A stretch of 32,000 bases of DNA from Pyrobaculum calidifontis JCM 11548 (GTDB lineage Archaea > Thermoproteota > Thermoprotei > Thermoproteales > Thermoproteaceae), in the NCBI RefSeq assembly GCF_000015805.1, contig NC_009073.1:390001-422000 (forward strand). Direction: 5' to 3'. Positions 8,443 through 15,925 of the stretch are shown one piece after another. The notes beneath the pieces are model-generated. The model searched no databases. It was not told the DNA's origin and saw only the letters and a program-made list of their open reading frames with translations. The position numbers and the translations under genes were made by a program. Each line of letters begins with the position of its first letter. Within the stretch, counting starts at the first letter, position 1.

Positions 8443-9341
8443 GGGATGGGGGTCTTAGCCACCACTTCTTCCACTAGGCTGCGGGGGTCGCCGTCTCTTG
8501 GGGATATTCTGTGGCTGAGCACCGCCGCGGCGGCCTTTTTCACGTCGTCTGGGACCACGTAGTTTCTCCCGTCGAGGAGGGCCAGTGCCCTGGCCATTTT
8601 GACGAGGGCGATGGAGCCCCTGGGGCTTGGGCCGTAAGCGTTTAGGGGGTGGGACCTCAGCGCCTGGACTATCTTCACCACGTACTTCAACACTGCGTCA
8701 TCTACGTACACCTCCTCGGCCCTCCGCATCCAGCTTAGCAGCTCCTCTCTCCCCACCACGGGGGTCACATACGCCGTGGGGTCGTCCCTCTTCCACGCGA
8801 TCCTCCTCTTGAGGATCTCCGCCTCCTCGGCCTCGCCTGGGTAGCCCACTGAGAGCTGGATCAGGAAGCGGTCTAGCTGGGCCTCTGGCAGGGGGTAGAC
8901 GCCGCGGTGTTCCACGGGGTTCTGCGTGGCGAGGACTATGAAGGGCTCCTCCAGCTTGTAGGTCACTCCGTCCACTGTCACTTGGCGCTCCTCCATTGCC
9001 TCAAGGAGCGCCGCTTGGGTCTTGGGCGGGGCGCGGTTTATCTCGTCGGCCAGGAGGACGTTGGTGAAGACGGGGCCTTTGACGAACTCGAAGCGGCCCT
9101 CGTGGGGGCGCCAGACGTTTACCCCCACCACGTCGCTTGGGAGCATGTCAGGCGTAAACTGGATGCGCTTGAAGGAGAGGCCGAGCGACTTGGCCAACAG
9201 CTTGGCCAAGGTGGTCTTGCCCAGCCCGGGCGGGTCTGTGAAGAGGACGTGGCCCTGGGCCACCACCGCCGCGAGCAAGAGCTCTAGGACATCCCGCCTT
9301 GCCACGTAGAACTGCGACAGCACCTCCAGCACCTTTCTCAC
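8433..9341 (-). CDS. MoxR-family AAA+ ATPase
   Basis: Walker A DPPGLGKTTLAK, Walker B VLLADEINRAPPKTQAALLEAMEERQVTV, then LATQNP and SPRG motifs. ~300 aa, typical for MoxR. Confidence 0.9.
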   Translation of the reverse strand: MRKVLEVLSQFYVARRDVLELLLAAVVAQGHVLFTDPPGLGKTTLAKLLAKSLGLSFKRIQFTPDMLPSDVVGVNVWRPHEGRFEFVKGPVFTNVLLADEINRAPPKTQAALLEAMEERQVTVDGVTYKLEEPFIVLATQNPVEHRGVYPLPEAQLDRFLIQLSVGYPGEAEEAEILKRRIAWKRDDPTAYVTPVVGREELLSWMRRAEEVYVDDAVLKYVVKIVQALRSHPLNAYGPSPRGSIALVKMARALALLDGRNYVVPDDVKKAAAAVLSHRISPRDGDPRSLVEEVVAKTPIPYR

Positions 9342-9350
9342 GGCGGTGGG

Positions 9351-9370
9351 TAAAAAGCTATTTAAAAAAG
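9351..9370. promoter_or_regulatory. Compact shared A/T-rich promoter region between divergent moxR and DUF58 genes
   Basis: The intergenic region is only 36 nt (9342-9377) and consists almost entirely of taaaaagctatttaaaaaag. Confidence 0.5.
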
Positions 9371-9377
9371 GTAGTTT

Positions 9378-10298
9378 GTGAAGCCCCTCCTCGCCACAGC
9401 CGCAATACTCCTCGCCACGGGCCTGGCCTTGGGGAACGGCGATGTGGCCCTCCTGGCCGCGGTGCCCCTCGCCTCTTACGCAGTAAACGCGTTGCTCCCG
9501 CCCCCGCGGATAGCCGTGGCTAAGAGGAGGGAGGGGAGCTACGTGGAGGTGTACATCCAGGGGGACAGACTGCCGGGCGTCTTGTACATATACGACGCCG
9601 CGCCGTTGGACGCGCCCGGCGGGCCCCGCAGATGGGCACTATTCAAGCCACCTCTTAAAAGGACGTTGAGGCTCCGGTACAGAGAGGAGGCCCCCGGCGG
9701 GGGGCTCGTGGTAGAGGTCTACAACCCGGCCATGACCAAGAGGGCGGTGGTGGTGTACGCAGAGGAGCCCCGCGCCGCGGCGCCCCCCGCCAAGCCCTGG
9801 GAGGGGGCAGAGGAGTTCGCCGAGGTGAAGCCCTACCAGCCCGGGGACCCGCTAAGGCGCGTAAATTGGCGCGCCTTTGCCAAAACGGGCGAGCTCTACG
9901 TGAACAAGTACGCCGGGTCTGAGCGGGGCAGGGCCGTGGTGGTGGTAGACGCCAGGAGGCTCAGGGGGGCCGTGGTGGAGGCCGCGGCCAAGGCGGCGGC
10001 CATCCTCGCCGAGAGGGGGTACGACGTGTCCTACTTCGTGTTAGGCCACGGCGAGGCCCAGGAGGTGCCCAAGTCCTTCACCCCCTCTTGCACGGGCAGG
10101 CCCCCCTGCGCCGACGTTGTGACATACGTGGGCTCTCTGAGAGACCCATGCCCCGTGGACTGTCTACGCGTAGTCTACATAGACGTGGCGGCCCGCAACC
10201 CCCTGGCGGCCATTAGGCGGCTCTCCCTCTACCGAGAGCTCAGAGCCAGAGGCGCCGAGGTGCTCACAGACGTCGAAAAACTGGCTGAGGTGGTATGA
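9378..10298 (+). CDS. DUF58-family protein (MoxR partner, vWA-like)
   Basis: Signature EFAEVKPYQPGDPLRRVNWRAFAKTGELYVNKY, followed by RAVVVVD. N-terminal TM segments. Confidence 0.85.
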   Translation: MKPLLATAAILLATGLALGNGDVALLAAVPLASYAVNALLPPPRIAVAKRREGSYVEVYIQGDRLPGVLYIYDAAPLDAPGGPRRWALFKPPLKRTLRLRYREEAPGGGLVVEVYNPAMTKRAVVVYAEEPRAAAPPAKPWEGAEEFAEVKPYQPGDPLRRVNWRAFAKTGELYVNKYAGSERGRAVVVVDARRLRGAVVEAAAKAAAILAERGYDVSYFVLGHGEAQEVPKSFTPSCTGRPPCADVVTYVGSLRDPCPVDCLRVVYIDVAARNPLAAIRRLSLYRELRARGAEVLTDVEKLAEVV

Positions 10299-10774
10299 GG
10301 CCCCTATACGGCTTGGCTACGGCGGCTGTCCAATACGTCCTTTTCGTAGGACACCCAATCCTCTCCATATACCCCCGCGCCCTTGACCACTGGGCCAGCC
10401 CAGGGGCGTTCGCCGCCTTTCTCCTCATCATAAACCTCGCACTGAGCCTCAAGAGGCCCTACACGGCGGCCTTCGCCACCCTAGTCCTATACCTCGCCGA
10501 GGCCGCCTTGGCGTCTCCCACCCTAAGGCTCTTCGTCGCCCTCCCCGAGGTCCCCCCGCCGAGCCCCTGGCTTGGCCTAGCCGCCGCATTGCTGACAGTG
10601 GCAACGGCCGTGGAGGGCCCCCACGGCCTCTACCTAGCCGCCGCCGGGGCGCCAGCCGCCGCCCTACTCTTGGCCAAGGACTACGCCCCACGCCTAGACT
10701 ACACAGCCGGCCTAGCCCTAGCCGCCATCGGCCTGGCCCTGCTCGTCTGGGCCACAAGGCCCGCCGGGAGCTAG
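10295..10774 (+). CDS. Membrane protein (4-5 TM helices)
   Basis: ATGA overlap with the DUF58 gene. Hydrophobic Ala/Leu-rich helices throughout. Confidence 0.6.
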   Translation: MRPLYGLATAAVQYVLFVGHPILSIYPRALDHWASPGAFAAFLLIINLALSLKRPYTAAFATLVLYLAEAALASPTLRLFVALPEVPPPSPWLGLAAALLTVATAVEGPHGLYLAAAGAPAAALLLAKDYAPRLDYTAGLALAAIGLALLVWATRPAGS

Positions 10775-10815
10775 GCGCTACGTAGGATTTTTTAAATTGG
10801 ATATACGGCGTACTC

Positions 10816-10974
10816 ATGACGTCGGTGTTGGAGTTGTTGGGTCCTCACGCCTACGGGCTTTGGAAATACGGCATAGGCCCCACCGACGACGTAGAAACAG
10901 CCATCACCAAGCTGAGAGCCACCGCCCCACACCTCGCCAAGTTCTTAAGCGAGGTTGCGCAGAGACGCCTTTGA
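10816..10974 (+). CDS. Candidate small protein (52 aa), below the ORF-track cutoff
   Basis: ATG at 10816 lies ~25 nt after gattttttaaattgg (10783-10797). Translation: MTSVLELLGPHAYGLWKYGIGPTDDVETAITKLRATAPHLAKFLSEVAQRRL. Balanced, non-repetitive composition. Confidence 0.3.
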   Translation: MTSVLELLGPHAYGLWKYGIGPTDDVETAITKLRATAPHLAKFLSEVAQRRL

Positions 10975-11004
10975 AACTTTTAATAACGGACACAGTAGGT
11001 GAGG

Positions 11005-11098
11005 GGGCCCGTAGCTCAGTCAGGTTAGAGCGGCGGCCTTCGGAGCCGTAGGTCGTGGGTTCAGGCAAAGCCGCCCAAAAATCCCACCGGGCCCGCCA
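11005..11098 (+). tRNA. tRNA-Arg (anticodon TCG) with a ~16-nt insertion in the T-loop and encoded CCA
   Basis: Acceptor GGGCCCG/CGGGCCC, D-arm GCTC..GAGC, anticodon stem GCGGC/GCCGT with loop CTTCGGA, T-stem GTGGG/CCCAC. The T-loop TTC[aggcaaagccgcccaa]AAAT is interrupted. 3' end is G-CCA. TATA-like cttttaataac lies ~24 nt upstream. Confidence 0.85.
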
Positions 11099-11276
11099 AT
11101 CGCTCGCCCCGCGTCTCAACCTACGTCTAGTAGCTCAAGTCAACGTTAGTAAGAAATGACGTTCAAGAGACACATGTGACTGGCTTAAAATCGCGCACAT
11201 ATATTGCTAAGACAGGCTGAGAGCCAAAGCGCTGATGTTAAAGCGTAATGGCGGAGATACGCCCGTTGAGGCAGTA

Positions 11277-12101
11277 TTACACCCCCGTGTAAATTTCGAT
11301 ACCCAGCCTCTCCGCTACCTTCTTCGCGTCTTCCTCGGCGTATGGCGTGATAATAACAAGTCTGTCTGGCCTTCTGCCCTCTTTCTCGGCGTATAGGTCG
11401 GCCTTCTTTTTGAAGAGAGACACTTCATACGGCCTGGCGTGCGATGTAATTTCGATGAGTATGACCTTGCCGTCTTTAACGGCGACGTCCACCTCCACTT
11501 CGCTTGGGAAGCCGAATACCCTCCCCTCTTCGTCGTACGTCGTCCAACGCTCCACTTTGAGGCCGAGCTCTCTCTCGACAACGCCCCGAAGGCCGTCGCG
11601 GAAGGCCTTCTCAGTCATCACGCCCCATCTAGCGCCCAGGGCGTCGAGACGGCGGAACCCCCTCTCCACCTCAGCCCTAAGCCTAGCCAATTCCTCCTCG
11701 ACTCTCCCAATCCTCTCCTCGTGGCGGTCAAGACGCTTGAATATCTCGGCGAATAGCTGGTCATGCTGCTCTAGCCGCTTGAGAATCTCTGCAAACAGCT
11801 GGTCGTGCTGTTCCAGCTTCTTGAGAATTTCTGCGAAGAGCTGGTCATATTTTTCAAATCGCTTGAACACCTCGGCGAATAGCTGATCGTAGTGTTCAAA
11901 CCTCTTATTCATGTCTTCCCTAAGCCTAGCCAGCTCTTCCCAAATTTTCACAAGCTCCTCCTCGTGTCTGTCAAGCCGCTTCAAAATCTCCTCTAGCCCA
12001 ATTAGCCCAGCCACTGCGTACCTAAACTCCTCATCCTCCTTCAACAGCTTGAGAAGAGCGGCCTTAAGCTGAGAAAGATCCACAACCACGCATATGCCCA
12101 A
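11277..12101 (-). CDS. Coiled-coil tandem-repeat protein with a PD-(D/E)XK-nuclease-like C-terminal domain
   Basis: N-terminal half is helical with four 14-aa repeats ([FL]E[HKQ][YH]DQLFAE[VI][FL]K[RK]). C-terminal half reads GARWGVMTEKAFRDGL...VFGFPSEVEVDVAVKDGKVILIEITSHARPYEV...RLVIITPY, a D...E-x-[KT]-like restriction-endonuclease-fold pattern. Start uncertain (TTG 12101, or GTG 12089/12083). Confidence 0.75.
   Translation of the reverse strand: MGICVVVDLSQLKAALLKLLKEDEEFRYAVAGLIGLEEILKRLDRHEEELVKIWEELARLREDMNKRFEHYDQLFAEVFKRFEKYDQLFAEILKKLEQHDQLFAEILKRLEQHDQLFAEIFKRLDRHEERIGRVEEELARLRAEVERGFRRLDALGARWGVMTEKAFRDGLRGVVERELGLKVERWTTYDEEGRVFGFPSEVEVDVAVKDGKVILIEITSHARPYEVSLFKKKADLYAEKEGRRPDRLVIITPYAEEDAKKVAERLGIEIYTGV
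11733..11900 (-). repeat. 4 x 42-bp in-frame tandem repeat inside the CDS
   Basis: Codons 68-123 read FEHYDQLFAEVFKR / FEKYDQLFAEILKK / LEQHDQLFAEILKR / LEQHDQLFAEIFKR. Confidence 0.85.
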
Positions 12102-12282
12102 GTATATAAGCCTGTACAGCGCGCAGACCGACGAGCGCTATAGACTTTGTCTAAGTCAGAGGGGCGGCAACGAAGGCAAAAGGCGCGCCATTATGTCCCG
12201 TTTGAAGGTGTTGTCGACTCGGAAGCTGGTTATATCAGGGGTCTCATCGCCGTTTAAGGGTGTGATAGTGGGCTGAGAGTTG

Positions 12283-12377
12283 TGGTGGGCCCGCCGGGAT
12301 TTGAATTCCCGGGGTGTACCCTCCCGGGACCTCCCGGTTATCAGCCGGGCGCTCTAACCGGGCTAAGCCACGGGCCC
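12283..12377 (-). tRNA. tRNA-Ile (anticodon GAT) with a ~17-nt insertion at the T-stem/T-loop junction and encoded CCA
   Basis: Reverse complement: GGGCCCG TG GCTT AGCCCGGTTA GAGC G CCCGG CTGATAA CCGGG AGGTC CCGGG [agggtacaccccgggaa] TTCAAAT CCCGG CGGGCCC A CCA. TATA-like box ~25 nt upstream (12399-12406). Confidence 0.85.
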
Positions 12378-12397
12378 TTGGGGGTGTGTTTTTCCAT

Positions 12398-12414
12398 GTT
12401 TAAAAGTTTAAAGG
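12398..12414. promoter_or_regulatory. Back-to-back TATA boxes serving tRNA-Ile (-) and the ABC permease gene (+)
   Basis: gtttaaaagtttaaagg. The box centres lie ~25 nt from the tRNA 5' end (12377) and ~24 nt from the ATG at 12434. Confidence 0.5.
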
Positions 12415-12433
12415 TGGGGTTTGTGGGGGGGTT

Positions 12434-13447
12434 ATGGCTGGTCTTTTGAGGTATGTGGCCGTGCGACTGGCGTTGGCTGTCCCCACTCTGTTGATTTTGC
12501 TCACGGTTGTGTTTTTTGTGCTTAGGGTCATCCCTGGGAACCCTATTGTGGCCATGGTGGGGATGAAGGCCCCCCAGGAGTACGTAGAGCAGTTGATTAA
12601 GGAGGCAGGCTTGGACAAGCCTCTTTACGTCCAGTACTTTGACTACTTGGCACAGGTCTTTACTGGCAACTTGGGCAGGAGCCTCATCTTTGGGAGGAGA
12701 GAGGTGGTGGCGGAGATTTTGGATAGGTTGCCGGCCACGGTGGAGCTCGCCGTTGCGTCGTTTTTAGTGAGCGTAGCGCTTGGCCACTTGTTTGGCTTTT
12801 TGGCGGCTAGGTTTGGCGGGTGGGTGGACTCTGGGGCTAGGGTGTACTCCATGGTGGCCTATGTCTTGTTTATCCCGTTTCTGGGCCTCGCCCTCCAGCT
12901 CGTCTTCTCAGTGTGGCTTGGCCTTTTCCCTGTGGCTGGGAGAATTACCCCGGGCTTGGAGCCGCCGAGAATAACCGGTCTGTACGTAGTGGACTCCATT
13001 CTCGCGGGGCGCCTAGACTCCCTCGCCGACGCGCTTTGGCACCTCGCCCTCCCCTCCTTCACCCTCGGCCTCGTGCTTTCGGGGGTCTTCACCAGGCTTA
13101 TTAGGAACAACATGGTGAAGACGTTGTCTGAGGACTTCGTCGCGGCTTATAGGGCCATGGGGTTTGGGGAATGGGCTGTCCTCTGGAAGGCGTATAGAGC
13201 CGCCATTGTGCCCACGGTGACTATGATGGGGCTCCAGCTCGCCCTCCTGCTACAGGGGGCCGTGTTGACAGAGACCACGTTTTCCTGGCCGGGCTTAGGC
13301 ACTCTCCTCCTGGAGCGGATACAGTACCTCGACTACACCACTGTACAGGGGACAGTGGTCGTTTTCGTCGTCATAGTCGTGTTGTTAAACGTAGCCGTCG
13401 ACATCATCAACGCGTTGCTTGACCCAAGAGTGAGGAAGGGGGTATGA
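12434..13447 (+). CDS. ABC peptide/nickel-type transporter permease (DppB/OppB family)
   Basis: N-terminus LRYVAVRLALAVPTLLILLTVVFFVLRVIPGNP and C-terminus DIINALLDPRVR are classic for binding-protein-dependent family-5 permeases. 6 TM helices. Confidence 0.9.
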   Translation: MAGLLRYVAVRLALAVPTLLILLTVVFFVLRVIPGNPIVAMVGMKAPQEYVEQLIKEAGLDKPLYVQYFDYLAQVFTGNLGRSLIFGRREVVAEILDRLPATVELAVASFLVSVALGHLFGFLAARFGGWVDSGARVYSMVAYVLFIPFLGLALQLVFSVWLGLFPVAGRITPGLEPPRITGLYVVDSILAGRLDSLADALWHLALPSFTLGLVLSGVFTRLIRNNMVKTLSEDFVAAYRAMGFGEWAVLWKAYRAAIVPTVTMMGLQLALLLQGAVLTETTFSWPGLGTLLLERIQYLDYTTVQGTVVVFVVIVVLLNVAVDIINALLDPRVRKGV

Positions 13448-14235
13448 TGCTGAGGGTTGGAGTCCTCATAACAGCCGCGGTGGTGGCCCTCTCTATCGCG
13501 GCCCCGCTCATCGCGCCGTACGACCCGACCAAGTCCGTGGGCGAGCCCCTGGCGCCCCCCAGCGCGGCTCACCTCTTTGGCACTGACAACTTGGGGCGGG
13601 ACGTCTTTAGCAGAGTCTTGTACGGGGGGCAAGTGATCATCGGCGTCTCGCTTCTCGCTACAGCTCTCTCGGCGGCGGTGGGCTTCCCCCTGGGCCTCTT
13701 CTCGGGCTACATGGGCGGGCGGGTGGACAGAGGGTTGAGCATGGTGATGGACAGCATGTACGCCTTTCCCAGCCTCATCTTGGCCATTGCCATAGCCAGC
13801 GTCTTGGGGCCCAGCCCGTTAAACGCCGCAGTGGCCATCGCCGTTGTGTACGTGCCCACGTATTTTAGAATGGCGCGCAACGAGACTATGGTGGTTAAAT
13901 CCAGCTTGTTCGTTGAGGCGGCCGTGTCGCTGGGGATGCCCAGGTGGAAGATTCTCTTCCGCCACATCTTGCCCAACCTAGTGCCCAGCTTCGTTGTCGT
14001 GGCCACGATCAATATCGCAGACGCCGCGTTGACCGAGTCTGCCTTGGCGTTCTTTGGCTACACAGTGACGCCGCCTACCCCGGACTGGGGGCTTGACCTC
14101 TCCAGCGCGAGGTCTTACATTGTGAATGGGGCGTGGTGGCTCTTGGCCCCCGGCTTCTTCATAATATTGACCGCCCTGGGTTTTTCACTGATGGGGGAGG
14201 GTCTTGGGGAGAGAGTGGGTAAAAAAGAGTGGTGA
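13444..14235 (+). CDS. ABC peptide/nickel-type transporter permease (DppC/OppC family)
   Basis: ATGA overlap with the upstream permease. Motifs HLFGTDNLGRDVFSRVLYG and the EAA-loop region EAAVSLGMPRWKILFRHILPN. Confidence 0.9.
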   Translation: MMLRVGVLITAAVVALSIAAPLIAPYDPTKSVGEPLAPPSAAHLFGTDNLGRDVFSRVLYGGQVIIGVSLLATALSAAVGFPLGLFSGYMGGRVDRGLSMVMDSMYAFPSLILAIAIASVLGPSPLNAAVAIAVVYVPTYFRMARNETMVVKSSLFVEAAVSLGMPRWKILFRHILPNLVPSFVVVATINIADAALTESALAFFGYTVTPPTPDWGLDLSSARSYIVNGAWWLLAPGFFIILTALGFSLMGEGLGERVGKKEW

Positions 14236-14241
14236 AAAAAG

Positions 14242-15879
14242 CTACCCGACTTTGATGGTCCAGTACCTGAATATCATTGTGGGGTCTGCCACTACCTGTA
14301 TGCCCGGCCTCGTCGCCATGTACAACTTGCCTTGTATAAGCGGTATTATGGGCACGTCTTGGGCCAGTATGCGCTGTGCCTGTAGGTAAAGCTGTTCTCT
14401 GGCAGTCTGAGATATTTCCACCGACGCCTTGTCTAAGATCTGGTCCATCTCTGGGTTGCTGTACCCGTTTCCAAGCCACTTATTTGCGCCAGTCTTTAAA
14501 AACGGCGTTGTGTAGTCGTCGGGGTCTATGTAGTCGGGGTACCAGCCGAGCAGTGAGACCATCAATGCGCCGCTTCTGAGCTGTTGCACATATGTGGCCC
14601 ACTCGGCAGATTTAACTGTGACAGCGATCATCCCCGTGGCCTCCCACTGTTGCTTCAACATCGCCGCGAGGTCTTTCTCAGTGTCGCCGTAGTGAGTAGG
14701 CGTGTACCACAGCTCAATGTTCAACTTCTTGGACTCGCTGTAACCAGCCTGTTGTAGCAACGTCTTTGCAAGCGTGATGTTGCAATCGCCGTACTTCTCT
14801 TTGAAGACTGGGTAAGAGCTCCACATGCCCTCTGGTATCAACGTGTACAGCGGCGTAACTGTGCCGCGGTAAACCACGTTGACTATGTCCCTTCTGCACA
14901 CGGCCGCGGCGAGGGCTTGTCTCACTCTGACGTCTTTTAACTCTGGCATATTGAGGTTGAGCACTATGTACCTAATGAAGGAGCCCGGTATTTCCACTAT
15001 GTTGAACTTGCCCGAGGCCCTCAGCGCCTCTACGTCGGGCGGATTTAAAGTCCTCCAGGCAATGTCCACCTCCCCTCTCTCAAGGGCAAGTCTTAGAGTG
15101 GTGGCATCTTTATAGAACCGAATCACTACCCGGCCAACCTGGGGCTTGGGGCCGTAGTAGTAGGGGTTTGCCTCAAGGACTATCTGCTGGTCTCTCACAA
15201 AGCTCTTAATACAGTAAGGCCCCGCGCCGCCCGCCGTTTGATCTGAGTCAATCTTGTCTGGAGCGTATTTGGGATGCACCGGGAAGTAGGGCGGCGTAGC
15301 CGCTAGGGCTAGGAAGTAGGAGACTGGCTTTTGTAGGTAGAATACCACCGTTGTAGCGTTAGGGGCCTCCACCTTTTCTACGAAGTCTGTGACAAGCCAC
15401 GCGGGGTCGCCGTTTATCTTCATCACGCGCTCAATAGACCTCTTGACGTCGGCCGCGGTCAGCGGCGTCCCGTCGCAGAACTTGAGATTCGGCCTTAGCT
15501 TAAAGACCCACACCTTGCCCCCCTCGAGCACAGTCCAACTCTCGGCGAGGTCTGGCTCTATCTCCGTAGTGCCTGGCTTATACCTGACGAGGCCCGCCAT
15601 GGTGTTGTACAAGACTTCCCAAGTGAAGAAGTCGTAGGCGTTTGCCGGGTCGAGGTCCGTCACCTTGTCTGTGACGCCTATTGTGATGGTCAAAGGCGTT
15701 GCCTGCGGCGTAGTAGTCGTGGCGGGGGTAGTGGGCTGGGGGGTGGGAGCCGTGGTAGGTCGTGCCGTGGTGGGGGCGGCAGTGGTTGTGGGCTGCGCTG
15801 GTTGTTGAGCTAGAAACACGGCGGCGATTGCTAATACTATTACTAATATGGCGATTCCAATTGCCAAGTATTTGTTCAT
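14242..15879 (-). CDS. ABC transporter substrate-binding protein, family 5 (DppA/OppA-like), membrane-anchored with a Thr/Pro linker
   Basis: Start trimmed to MNKYLAIGIAILVIVLAIAAVFLA (ATG 15879, TATA-like box ~24 nt upstream). Thr/Pro-rich linker TTTAAPTTARPTTAPTPQPTTPATTTTP. Family-5 body (LDPANAYDFFTWEVLYNTMAGLVRY...). Confidence 0.9.
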   Translation of the reverse strand: MNKYLAIGIAILVIVLAIAAVFLAQQPAQPTTTAAPTTARPTTAPTPQPTTPATTTTPQATPLTITIGVTDKVTDLDPANAYDFFTWEVLYNTMAGLVRYKPGTTEIEPDLAESWTVLEGGKVWVFKLRPNLKFCDGTPLTAADVKRSIERVMKINGDPAWLVTDFVEKVEAPNATTVVFYLQKPVSYFLALAATPPYFPVHPKYAPDKIDSDQTAGGAGPYCIKSFVRDQQIVLEANPYYYGPKPQVGRVVIRFYKDATTLRLALERGEVDIAWRTLNPPDVEALRASGKFNIVEIPGSFIRYIVLNLNMPELKDVRVRQALAAAVCRRDIVNVVYRGTVTPLYTLIPEGMWSSYPVFKEKYGDCNITLAKTLLQQAGYSESKKLNIELWYTPTHYGDTEKDLAAMLKQQWEATGMIAVTVKSAEWATYVQQLRSGALMVSLLGWYPDYIDPDDYTTPFLKTGANKWLGNGYSNPEMDQILDKASVEISQTAREQLYLQAQRILAQDVPIIPLIQGKLYMATRPGIQVVADPTMIFRYWTIKVG

Positions 15880-15899
15880 GTGAGAGAGATGTAAGTGGG

Positions 15900-15913
15900 T
15901 TATATTCTTTAAG
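15900..15913. promoter_or_regulatory. Shared divergent A/T-rich promoter region
   Basis: ttatattctttaag lies between the binding-protein ATG (15879, -) and the transporter start (15926/15932, +), ~24 nt from each. Confidence 0.45.
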
Positions 15914-15925
15914 CTGTGTCTTTCT

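Noticed and set aside
10797-11051. 84-aa ORF overlapping tRNA-Arg.
   Set aside because: It runs through the tRNA gene and is His/Arg-rich. A better-supported 52-codon ORF occupies another frame.
11132-11150. agctcaagtcaacgttag resembles agctctaggtcaacgttgg at 239-257. Both encode ..NVDL.. near a minus-strand stop, so this could be another relic of the 211-848 pseudogene family.
   Set aside because: Only ~16 of 19 nt match, with a gap, and the flanks are not alignable. This is too short to support.
11733-11900. Tandem repeats as a possible CRISPR array or satellite.
   Set aside because: The units are contiguous (no spacers), in frame, and encode a helical 14-aa protein repeat.
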